A stretch of DNA of 40,847 nucleotides from Candidatus Thorarchaeota archaeon SMTZ1-45 (GTDB lineage: Archaea > Asgardarchaeota > Thorarchaeia > Thorarchaeales > Thorarchaeaceae), in assembly GCA_001563335.1 (NCBI GenBank), contig LRSL01000083.1:1-40847 (forward strand), written 5' to 3'. Position 1 is the first letter of the stretch. Each line of letters starts with the position of its first letter. Made by a program: the position numbers and the translations under genes. A model generated the notes under the pieces. That model saw only the letters and a program-made list of their open reading frames with translations. It made no database searches and was not told the DNA's origin. Shown here in pieces: positions 13,714-22,961 of this stretch.

Positions 13714-15984
13714 TTATTCTGAATCTTCTTCCTCAGCTATTCTTCTAGCAATCATTTCACGGACATTGGGTGGCAATGAGTCTGGATCGCTTTTGTACTT
13801 CTCCTTAAGACTCTCTATCATCTCAGGAGATGGTCTTCCAGATCCAATTGGACCACCATGCCCACTCAGTTCTTGTTTTCCAAGTTCCCGCTTCTTATCA
13901 TCAGTCATACTATCTACCTCAATCATTCTTTCAAACATGTCACGCATTGAGGGTGGAATTGAATCTGGATCGGATTTGTAGAGATCTTTCATCCTCTCAA
14001 TCATCTCAGGGGAAGGCTTCATTCCACCCATACCACCACCCATTCCATCATGGCTCATTCCTGAGTTTAAAGCACCCATTTCCATCATCATCATGCCTGA
14101 GCTGGAGAGGACAGGGGCTTCAACACCATATTTTTCAACCTCAGACTTAGCTACTTCTGCAACCTCTTCTGTAATCTCTTCAATCCCTTGATGCGCGTAG
14201 TATGTATCATATAGAGACTTGAAGACCCCATTTAAGGCTAGTAGCTCATCATGAGTTCCCTGCTCCACCAAATCTCCGTGGTCAAACACAAGAACTCGAG
14301 ATGCATTTGCTATGGTTGTCAAACGATGTGCAATTACAATAGTAGTTCTATTTGAGAACAAACGTTCTTGAGCGTCTTGAACAAGAGACTCACTATATGC
14401 ATCCAATCTGCTGGTTGCTTCATCCAAAATGAGAATCTTTGGATCTGCCAACATTGTGCGTGCGATAGTGATCATCTGACGCTGTCCTGCACTAAGATTC
14501 TTTCCACCTTCTATGATACATGTGTCATATCCATCAGCAAGGACCTCAATGAATTCGTTCGCACCTATCATTTTGCAAAGATTGTCAATCTCCTCATCTG
14601 TAGCCTCAGGACGTCCATAACGTATGTTTTCAATAATGGTATCATCGAAGAGATATGGTTCCTGAGGGATCAAAGACATTGAATTGTGAAGTGACTCTTG
14701 AGTGACTAGTCGGAGGTTCTGACCACCAATGAAAATGCCGCCTTCTGTGGGGTCGTAAAAACGATTTACTAGTGCGGCGATAGTAGTTTTGCCAGCCCCA
14801 GTGTGACCAACTATTGCGACCATCTCACCAGGTTCAATTGAAAAAGTCACGTTATTCAGAACAGGAGTGCCTTTCACATACTCAAATGATACATTTTGAA
14901 AGTATATGCCATCGCTTTTCTTATCAAGTGGTATTGCTTCTGGATCATCTGTAATTGCTGGTTTAGACTCAAGAACATCTGAAACTCGATCCATTGCAGC
15001 AAGAGAAGCCTGTACCTGTGTAAACATCATACTTAGTCCAAGGAGAGGCCATAGGAATCTACCGATGAGTGCTATTCCTAAAAACACCTCACCTACTGAA
15101 AGGAGTGGAAACGTTCCAACAGCCAATGAACCAGCTACAAATAGCATTGCAGCCAGAGCAAATTGGCCAATGGATCTAACAAGGGGTTGCATTGCACTCA
15201 TGAGAATCATAAACCTGAAACCATGATGGTATGATTTTTGATTCAATTCCATCATTTTCTCTGCAAGCTCGCGTTCTCGATTGAAAGCTTTCGCAACATG
15301 AATCCCACTCAGATTTTCTGCAATCTGGCCAGATACAGCTCCAGAAGCTCTTCGAGATGCGAGCATGATTCTCTGGCCAACTGTGCCAAATAGTGCTGCA
15401 ATAAAAGCGACACCTGGAACTACAACCAATGATGTCAGTGCGATGAGTGGATTTACAATCCATAACAATAGGAATGAAGAAACAAGCATTAATGCCTGAC
15501 TTGCGAAGTCAATCAATACTTGAACACCTACGCCTAGTTCGACAGTGTCTGAAGTCACCCTAGAAGTCACATTTCCGCTCTGTTCTAACTTGTGATAAGA
15601 AAGGTCTGCTCTAAGAAGGTAGGAATAGAGGTCCTCTTGTATATTCTGTACAAACCCAGCTTGTGCACCAGCAAGAATCCATGTGTTGATACTACCAAGT
15701 GTCCAAGATGTGACTTTGAAGATTATGTAAAGGAGAGTCAGAAAGATAGTAGTGGCAATAACAGGATTTGCTACTAATAAGCTATCTATCCCAAATGATA
15801 GAATCAAGGGATCGAATACTGAAACAATTGTTGAAAGCAAAGACAAAACTGCACCAATAGCTACTATTCTTCTGAATCTACCAAGATAATGGACCATTCT
15901 ACCTAGAAGAACACGAATGGGTCTACTTCTCTTCTCTCGTTCACCTGCAAGTGCTGTTGGACCTCGTCGTCCATGCATAGCCAT
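13714..15984 (-). CDS. ABC exporter, fused TMD-NBD, consensus-site subunit (TM288-like) with C-terminal extension
   Basis: GHTGAGKT, LSAGQRQ, ILDEATS, IAHRL; extra ~155-aa tail. Confidence 0.93.
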   Translation of the reverse strand: MAMHGRRGPTALAGEREKRSRPIRVLLGRMVHYLGRFRRIVAIGAVLSLLSTIVSVFDPLILSFGIDSLLVANPVIATTIFLTLLYIIFKVTSWTLGSINTWILAGAQAGFVQNIQEDLYSYLLRADLSYHKLEQSGNVTSRVTSDTVELGVGVQVLIDFASQALMLVSSFLLLWIVNPLIALTSLVVVPGVAFIAALFGTVGQRIMLASRRASGAVSGQIAENLSGIHVAKAFNRERELAEKMMELNQKSYHHGFRFMILMSAMQPLVRSIGQFALAAMLFVAGSLAVGTFPLLSVGEVFLGIALIGRFLWPLLGLSMMFTQVQASLAAMDRVSDVLESKPAITDDPEAIPLDKKSDGIYFQNVSFEYVKGTPVLNNVTFSIEPGEMVAIVGHTGAGKTTIAALVNRFYDPTEGGIFIGGQNLRLVTQESLHNSMSLIPQEPYLFDDTIIENIRYGRPEATDEEIDNLCKMIGANEFIEVLADGYDTCIIEGGKNLSAGQRQMITIARTMLADPKILILDEATSRLDAYSESLVQDAQERLFSNRTTIVIAHRLTTIANASRVLVFDHGDLVEQGTHDELLALNGVFKSLYDTYYAHQGIEEITEEVAEVAKSEVEKYGVEAPVLSSSGMMMMEMGALNSGMSHDGMGGGMGGMKPSPEMIERMKDLYKSDPDSIPPSMRDMFERMIEVDSMTDDKKRELGKQELSGHGGPIGSGRPSPEMIESLKEKYKSDPDSLPPNVREMIARRIAEEEDSE

Positions 15985-17870
15985 TATGGAGCACCTCCAT
16001 GGACAGACGCAGCTGCGAGTAATTCCTGCGCACCTGGTAATCTTTCGAAAATCTTGCGATAGTGTTCAGAGTCCCGGAGTAGGTCCTCATGACATCCAGC
16101 TGCAATCAATTCACCCTTATCTACAATAATTACAAGGTCAGATTCAATGAGAGTTCTTAGACGCTGCGTGACAGTTATGCTTGTCCTATTTACCATTACC
16201 TCATCGAGTGCTTTTCTCATCAAGAACTCAGTTTGGGCGTCCACTGCGCTAACCGAATCATCAAGGAGTAGAATCTTAGGGTCTTGGATGATTGCACGAG
16301 CAATAGCCAGTCGTTGCCTTTGTCCACCGGAGAGTGTCATTCCACGCTCTCCAATCAGTGAATCATAACCTTCTGGAAGATTTACAATGAATTCATCAGC
16401 TTGAGCTCGCTTTGCTGCATCAATGATCTCATCCATTGATGCTTGACTTCGCCCGAATGCAATATTATCGCGAATGCTCATTCGAAACAAGAAGATGTCT
16501 TGTTCAACAAGTCCAACAGCATCACGGACTGATTCTGTACGTACATCTCGAAGATTCACACCACCCACTTTGATTGAACCATCAGTAGGATCATAGAGTC
16601 GTAATATAAGCTTCAATATTGTACTCTTCCCACCTCCAGGACCACCAATAAGAGCCACACGAGACCCTCCGGGAATCGTAATGTTGAAGTTTTTCAGAGC
16701 ATAGTGGTCATTGTTATTTTCCTCGGAGCCATACTTGAAGCTTACATTATCAAATACTATATCGCTTAACCAGTCTACATCTTCTACCTCCAACTCTGGC
16801 TCAATCAGTGTTTCTTTCCAATTTAGAATGTCAACAATTCGTTGAGCATTCACATATCCTCCTCTAAGTACAAGGAGCATTCTTGGAAGTTGGAAATTCA
16901 AACCCTCAAGAGAAACTAGTAATGCGAGAATTGTAATCATATCTCCAATTTCCAAAGCCCCGTTGATGACTGCATAAGCTGAATATAGAAAGGCAATTGT
17001 TGTCATCCCTACAAGTACAAGTGCAGGGATATAGAATGCAGCCAACCGACCTTCTTTTGCCACGGAGTCTTCGTATGTCTTACTTATTTCGTGAAACTTT
17101 TCTTGTTCGAGATTCTCTTTTCCAAATGCTCTTACAACCTCAATGCCTGTAAATACACCCTGGGTGCGTGCGGTCAACATTTCCATGTCTTCAGAACGCT
17201 TACGTCGAACTGATTCAACTGCATTTGCATATTGATATGAAAACGCAAGATAGACGGGTGTTCCAATTAACATGATCAAAGCAAAGCCAGCAATTGGGAT
17301 TGAAAACCCACCAAGTTGCAGGACTAAGAAGTTCTGGAGCGTAGGACGAAAATCAATTTGAATGAGAATTATTGCGGTTATTCCAAAAGAGATGAAGCCT
17401 CCTGCCAGATTTCGGAGTGCAGGATTTAACGAAAATCTCACCCATGAGATGTCTTGCATAGCAACGGAAAGTAGACGCTTACTATCAACCTCATCATGGA
17501 AAGTCATACTATAATCTTGTAGAGCCTCAAAGAAATCTTGACGAGCATCACGTTCCCAGCGCAAAGTCACAATAGCCCAGACATAACCTACAACAAAGTA
17601 TAGGCCCATATATGCGAGGGCTAACCCAATAATAAGCCACACATAGAAAACAAACTGAGTACTAATCGTCAGAGCAGGCGTGATTCCATCTGACTGTAAT
17701 AATTCGTTGGTAGCTAGACCAATGAAAATCGATGGAATAGTAACGAGTATTGTTGAGATGATGGTGAGAAGCATTGCAAATGCAGTGATTCCCTTGTTCC
17801 TCATTAAACCACTAAGCATGTAACGCGCGGGACTTTTTCTAATGGTTTTTCCACCATTATTTCTAGACAA
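15984..17870 (-). CDS. ABC exporter, fused TMD-NBD, degenerate-site subunit (TM287-like)
   Basis: GGPGGGKS, LSGGQRQ, LLLDDS (Walker B E to D), TQRL (switch H to Q); 1-nt overlap with its partner. Confidence 0.93.
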   Translation of the reverse strand: MSRNNGGKTIRKSPARYMLSGLMRNKGITAFAMLLTIISTILVTIPSIFIGLATNELLQSDGITPALTISTQFVFYVWLIIGLALAYMGLYFVVGYVWAIVTLRWERDARQDFFEALQDYSMTFHDEVDSKRLLSVAMQDISWVRFSLNPALRNLAGGFISFGITAIILIQIDFRPTLQNFLVLQLGGFSIPIAGFALIMLIGTPVYLAFSYQYANAVESVRRKRSEDMEMLTARTQGVFTGIEVVRAFGKENLEQEKFHEISKTYEDSVAKEGRLAAFYIPALVLVGMTTIAFLYSAYAVINGALEIGDMITILALLVSLEGLNFQLPRMLLVLRGGYVNAQRIVDILNWKETLIEPELEVEDVDWLSDIVFDNVSFKYGSEENNNDHYALKNFNITIPGGSRVALIGGPGGGKSTILKLILRLYDPTDGSIKVGGVNLRDVRTESVRDAVGLVEQDIFLFRMSIRDNIAFGRSQASMDEIIDAAKRAQADEFIVNLPEGYDSLIGERGMTLSGGQRQRLAIARAIIQDPKILLLDDSVSAVDAQTEFLMRKALDEVMVNRTSITVTQRLRTLIESDLVIIVDKGELIAAGCHEDLLRDSEHYRKIFERLPGAQELLAAASVHGGAP

Positions 17871-17871
17871 T

Positions 17872-18432
17872 CTATGTTCCTCCAGGCTTCAATCTATTCA
17901 TTAGAGTTGAAATTCTATTCTTCATCTCTTCTAGTTGATTTAGTAATCGCTGGCGATCTTTGGTGTTCAAGGAATCCTCTACTGACTCCAAAGCTTCAAT
18001 TGAGTATTCCATCCCATGCATATGAAATCGTACACGTTCTTGGGGTTCCAATAGACGCTCCCAAAGTCTTGGACCAAGACGGGTTTTATGACCAACTGCT
18101 TGCTTTCTATGTTTTATGAATAAGGTCATCTGCTTTCTTCCCAAATCAGTAAGACTGTATGTTCTCATCCGCCCCTCAGTCTTTACTGTCTGAATTGTCC
18201 CTTCCTCTTCAAGGGAAGATAGAAGTGGATAGATAGTTCCAGGACTTGGATTCCATTCACCATCAGTCAATGAATGAAGCTCTTGCATTATCTGTGTACC
18301 AGTCAAGTTCTGAGATTTAAGCAAGCGTGGTATTATATGACGAAGAAGACCTCTTGGTACAGATTGAGGCATCTCAAGATGTTCGCAATCTTTTTCTTTG
18401 GTTTCATCAGTCACAACTATCATCTCATACAA
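17872..18432 (-). CDS. PadR-family transcriptional regulator
   Basis: PRGLLR..WNPSPGTIYPLLSSLEEEG..YSLTDLG; first gene of the ABC operon. Confidence 0.92.
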   Translation of the reverse strand: MYEMIVVTDETKEKDCEHLEMPQSVPRGLLRHIIPRLLKSQNLTGTQIMQELHSLTDGEWNPSPGTIYPLLSSLEEEGTIQTVKTEGRMRTYSLTDLGRKQMTLFIKHRKQAVGHKTRLGPRLWERLLEPQERVRFHMHGMEYSIEALESVEDSLNTKDRQRLLNQLEEMKNRISTLMNRLKPGGT

Positions 18433-18543
18433 TATCGGATGCGATTATCGAATGCGATATAAAGACTTTGGTTAATGCATTCTATAGACTAGGGGGAAGT
18501 TTGATAAGACTAATACAACCGATTTAGCAAAATAGCGAGTGAT

Positions 18544-20376
18544 GTGACCTTGGGAGAAAAGGCGAAGGTAAAGGAAACAGTTCGATTATATTCCAGAGTA
18601 TGGCAACTTCCTTCCTATCGCCAGATAGTTTTGAGAATGGTTCTTCTTGTTTTAACAGGATCACTAATACTAAGTGTTACGAAAGGACTTCTTCTTGAAG
18701 TATTCATGAATTATTTGATAATTCTTGGAATACCAGTCTTCGTCGGTTCAGGACTTCTTTACATGATAGCTACAGAAGAAGGTTCTCCGTTAGATGGAAG
18801 AAGGACTGCTGGACTGGTCCTCTTTGGGTTGATATTTTGGATATCACTAAGTGCAATTGGTGGTATCATAGATTCGTTAAGATCTTCAAATGTATTTGAA
18901 ATTAGGTTCTCGATGTTGGGAGTATCAATAGCATACATGGCATTCGCATTTCTAGTAAATGGACTGAGTGACCATCATCCTGCAAGAAATACAACTGCTG
19001 CCTTAATGCCCCCAGTCCTTTGGATTATTGTGGAGTTATTATTTGCCCCCTTGAATGCGGCTCTTCCAACATTGCCACCATTATGGTACATCTCTGTTTC
19101 TGCTTCATTCATCATTGCTTCAATCGTTGTTCATTACATCTATCGAGCTGTGAGTGTGCCTTTCGAGAGAGACCTTGGTATCAATGGGCCTCAGCTTCTG
19201 AGAGCATTTGGCCATGATTATTTGGCTGACAATCCCAAGCCCTTTGAAGATATTCTCACAAAAATCGCAACTATTCAAGACATACCTGTTGAAATTCTCT
19301 TGTTTCGGGATGATGCAGGCCCAGTAGCATGTGGTGTAATTCAATATGTCCATCCAGGACCTTTCAGGGATATTGGAAGTAGTGACCTCCCCTCAGTCAT
19401 TATTGAACACATAAAGAAGAAACATGGAATACCCGCATTTGTCATGCATGGTAGTTGTACACATCAACAGAATCTAACAACCAAGGAGGACTATCCAATC
19501 GTATTGGCTGAGATAGATAGACTCATTGAGGCAACAGGAGTACACGAGTTCATCTCAGGCCCTCATTGGTATGATGGTGGAAAATTCAAGGTCTGGAGTC
19601 TATTTGTTGGAAATGATGTACTTACAATTAGTACAAGTTCACCAGAGTTCACTGATGATATTTCTCTTGATGTTGGATACGATGTAGCAAATATGATACG
19701 AGAACGCCTGCCTCAAATCGAAGGTGTTGCGGTAGTTGACGCTCATAACTGTATTGATGACCTCGCTGTTTCCGTTAATCCAGGAGATACGGATGCAGGG
19801 GAGTATGTAGGTGCAGTTTCAGGAGCTGTATTTTCAACAATAAACAATGAAAAAAGCAGATTGCAAATAGGTATGCATCAGATTATTCCCGATGATATTA
19901 GCCAATCAGAAGGTTTGGGTCCGGGAGGAGTAACTGCAACAGTTCTCAATCTCAGTGAACGGGAGATGGCATTGATTTCAATAGACGGTAATAATATGGA
20001 ACCAGGATTCAGAGAAAACGTGCAGAGTCTACTTAAGGCACAAGGGTTTGACGAATCCGAGATAATCACAACAGATACACACGTTGTCAATGCAATATCC
20101 CTCTCAAGTAGAGGATACCCACCGATTGGTCGAAATAAGCCAGATGAAACAATGGAGCACATTCTGGCAGCTTCAGTAAAAGCTCGGGAACGAATTCAGC
20201 CTGTCAGTGCAGGACTTGGTTTTGGTATGGCACGTAACCTAAGGACTTTTGGAGAAAGGGGTTTTGATATTCTTACACAAGATGTCGCTGAAGCTGCAGG
20301 TATCGCAAAGAGAATGGGAATAAGAGCTGGTAGCGGATCGATTTTGCTCTACATTCTCTTAGCATTTCTCTTCTGA
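18544..20376 (+). CDS. DUF2070 family membrane protein
   Basis: N-terminal TMs then VHPGPF..GSS, HG.CTH, SPEFTDD, DAHN, DGNN, TTDTH motifs. Confidence 0.88.
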   Translation: MTLGEKAKVKETVRLYSRVWQLPSYRQIVLRMVLLVLTGSLILSVTKGLLLEVFMNYLIILGIPVFVGSGLLYMIATEEGSPLDGRRTAGLVLFGLIFWISLSAIGGIIDSLRSSNVFEIRFSMLGVSIAYMAFAFLVNGLSDHHPARNTTAALMPPVLWIIVELLFAPLNAALPTLPPLWYISVSASFIIASIVVHYIYRAVSVPFERDLGINGPQLLRAFGHDYLADNPKPFEDILTKIATIQDIPVEILLFRDDAGPVACGVIQYVHPGPFRDIGSSDLPSVIIEHIKKKHGIPAFVMHGSCTHQQNLTTKEDYPIVLAEIDRLIEATGVHEFISGPHWYDGGKFKVWSLFVGNDVLTISTSSPEFTDDISLDVGYDVANMIRERLPQIEGVAVVDAHNCIDDLAVSVNPGDTDAGEYVGAVSGAVFSTINNEKSRLQIGMHQIIPDDISQSEGLGPGGVTATVLNLSEREMALISIDGNNMEPGFRENVQSLLKAQGFDESEIITTDTHVVNAISLSSRGYPPIGRNKPDETMEHILAASVKARERIQPVSAGLGFGMARNLRTFGERGFDILTQDVAEAAGIAKRMGIRAGSGSILLYILLAFLF

Positions 20377-20454
20377 GATGGAATCCACTCGCTATTTCGA
20401 TAGAGGTATATGCATTCGTTCTATTTCAGAGATTCTATTGTGTTGGTGAATAAC

Positions 20455-21018
20455 ATGAAGAAACGAGTCCTTGTCTGTTTGACAGGTGCTAGTGGTGCGA
20501 TATACGGAGTTCGACTTCTGAGAGCTCTGAAAGCGAGTGACAATGAGGTTCATCTAATCATTAGTAAATGGGGCGAGGAAACTCTCAAGTATGAAACAGG
20601 CATTGACAAAGATACTATCAGCAAGGAAGCTGACTACTCCTATGATGAACATGACCTTGCTGCAGGTCCTGCCAGTGGCACCTTCCCAATTGATTCAATG
20701 GTTGTCATACCCTGCTCGATGAAGACCCTAGCAGGTATTGCTCATGGATATGCTGATAACCTTATAGCACGAGCAGCTGATTGTACCCTGAAAGAGAGAC
20801 GTACTCTCATTCTTGTTCCCAGAGAATCTCCCCTCAATCTCATTCAGATTCGAAATATGGCAACAGTAACTGAGGCGGGAGGATTAGTAATTCCGGCAAG
20901 TCCTGCATTTTGGGCTAAGCCTAAGACAATTGATGAGCTTGTAGACTCAGTGGTAGAACGTGTGCTAACTCATCTTGGAGTTACTGATGACAAACGGGCT
21001 ATGTGGACTGGCGATTAA
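20455..21018 (+). CDS. ubiX: Flavin prenyltransferase
   Basis: TGASGA, ASG, PCSMKTLA, RAAD..LKERR, PRESP; start at MKKRVLV (ORF track gives 20410). Confidence 0.93.
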   Translation: MKKRVLVCLTGASGAIYGVRLLRALKASDNEVHLIISKWGEETLKYETGIDKDTISKEADYSYDEHDLAAGPASGTFPIDSMVVIPCSMKTLAGIAHGYADNLIARAADCTLKERRTLILVPRESPLNLIQIRNMATVTEAGGLVIPASPAFWAKPKTIDELVDSVVERVLTHLGVTDDKRAMWTGD

Positions 21019-21023
21019 TTGCT

Positions 21024-22871
21024 TTACCCCCAATGCAAAGGAGTGCCACAGTGATCACAGATGACAGTTTCTCCTGGAAGTGCACGTTTAGGCAATGCCG
21101 CTCCACATTGGGCACATTCTATCTTCTTAGGTGCAAGATCATCAGTCTTAGCTTGTAGTTTGAGAAGGACCTCTCTGAGATTGTCACGCATCTCAGATAG
21201 AAGCATATTCATCTTATTCTCATCATCACTCGCGACTGAGATCCTCATTGTTAGATTGTCCTTTGAAACTGAGCCAATCACAATATATTCTGTACCAGCT
21301 CTAGCTTTTCCATAATACCACGATTCTTCTCCATTCTTGGTACCGCTCTTTTCGCCAACAAACCTTACACTCTGTTGTTCAATTATGTCATTAACAATAT
21401 CGAGCATTTCTTGAACATCAGCATCTGGATCGATTTGATATTCTGCAGCCCTCTCTGTTTGTAATCGAGTTTCGAGGAGCTTTTCTAGATCAGACATTGT
21501 CATTGTTGAAAGATACGCATCCCGAGCTATTGCAGCGTGTGCTGTTGGAATCTCAACCTTGCTCTCACCATGATTGTTGCAGCTGAGACTTGCTTCAGAC
21601 TTGTCACCTTTGTCTTCGATGAATGACAGAGTTAATGGATTGTGACATTTATGACACTCGTATAGTTGACGATAGAATCGTTCAATGACTGGTTCGTTGG
21701 CACCAACCGGAAGATGTCGTTCAGCACCATGTCCATTTCGACACTCCATTTTTAGACTGATTGTATTATCACGTACCTTTGTGTCACGGATGGTCATTGG
21801 CGATTTGCATTTTTCACACGTGAGGCTCTCTTCAGCAGAGGACATCCTATCAATGTGTTTGTTTCGTTCTTCGATATGCTTGTAAATACCCATACTGACA
21901 CTTTTCTTTAATTCACCATGAACTGGACAAACAAGTTTCAATTCTACATCATTGCCACTGACCTTTGTTTCACCGATATCGGTAACAAGATTGCAATCAT
22001 TACACTTCAGAACACCACCAACTATGGCATCAATGGCTTCTTCATCTAAATCTGCAGGCTGAGATAATTCAATACTGTGACCATTCATGCAACTGCATTT
22101 GAGCTTGTATTTCATCTTATCAAGTTCAGCAGATTTAATGGATAATGATTCTCCGCAATCACGACAGTTTAGCATTGAACGTACGATGCTACCCTCAGAC
22201 ATGGCTTCAACGATCGATTCTATCATCCATGCATATTCAGCAGGAAGTTCTTTCTTTGTTTTGCCATGTGCAGGACATGAGATTTCAATCTGAGCTTTGT
22301 TGCCTTTTGGTTGTGTTTCCAATACTTGACATGGGAGACCACACTCATCACAGTGAATGAGTCGTTTTATGACTGTCTTCAGAACCGATTCGTCTGCAAT
22401 CTTGGGTATAAATCTCATCTCTTTATGTCCATTGGAACAACGTGATTTTACTTCAAGTATGCCCTTCTTTTCGGAAATCTCACTAGCAGTAAATACTCCA
22501 CCACACCGAGGACAACTCATAGAGTCAAGAATTGATTTTGAGCAGTTCATGCTGCCCTGAAGTCCTGCTACAGATGAGTGGTAGAAAGATGGTATCTCTC
22601 TTTTTTGAGGACCATGTATTGGACAGACGAAGATATACTCTGCTTTGTGTTTGCCCACATCAGTGTTCATTAATGTCATTGTGGACCCACATTCGATGCA
22701 TGTGAAGATGCCTTTGAAGACTTCATGCGCCATGCTATCAGCCTGATATCTTGAAATGTCCCTCTTCCCCTTGTGACCCTTCATACACTGACAATAGACT
22801 CGGAGGGTATGACCCTTTAGCTCCCCAGTCTGAACATAGAAAGGTTCCTTACATTTCTTGCAAGTGAACAT
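21024..22871 (-). CDS. Multi-Cys3His metal-finger repeat protein with platform-like domain and terminal zinc ribbon
   Basis: 8 repeats of CxxC-x~20-(CxxGH/CPxHG), about 57 aa each; terminal CAQC..CDHC; ATG 22871 follows a GGAGG SD (ORF track gives 22886). Confidence 0.85.
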   Translation of the reverse strand: MFTCKKCKEPFYVQTGELKGHTLRVYCQCMKGHKGKRDISRYQADSMAHEVFKGIFTCIECGSTMTLMNTDVGKHKAEYIFVCPIHGPQKREIPSFYHSSVAGLQGSMNCSKSILDSMSCPRCGGVFTASEISEKKGILEVKSRCSNGHKEMRFIPKIADESVLKTVIKRLIHCDECGLPCQVLETQPKGNKAQIEISCPAHGKTKKELPAEYAWMIESIVEAMSEGSIVRSMLNCRDCGESLSIKSAELDKMKYKLKCSCMNGHSIELSQPADLDEEAIDAIVGGVLKCNDCNLVTDIGETKVSGNDVELKLVCPVHGELKKSVSMGIYKHIEERNKHIDRMSSAEESLTCEKCKSPMTIRDTKVRDNTISLKMECRNGHGAERHLPVGANEPVIERFYRQLYECHKCHNPLTLSFIEDKGDKSEASLSCNNHGESKVEIPTAHAAIARDAYLSTMTMSDLEKLLETRLQTERAAEYQIDPDADVQEMLDIVNDIIEQQSVRFVGEKSGTKNGEESWYYGKARAGTEYIVIGSVSKDNLTMRISVASDDENKMNMLLSEMRDNLREVLLKLQAKTDDLAPKKIECAQCGAALPKRALPGETVICDHCGTPLHWG

Positions 22872-22961
22872 ATTCTTCTCCTCCACCTGGCGTGCGGCGG
22901 CGAACCTAAACCAGGTGTGTTAAGGTCCCTAAAAGATATTCCGTAAGTGGATAGATTTGCC

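Noticed and set aside
15984-17870. Degenerate Walker B and switch motifs as a sign of pseudogenisation or novelty
   Set aside because: This is the normal asymmetry of heterodimeric TM287/288-type exporters
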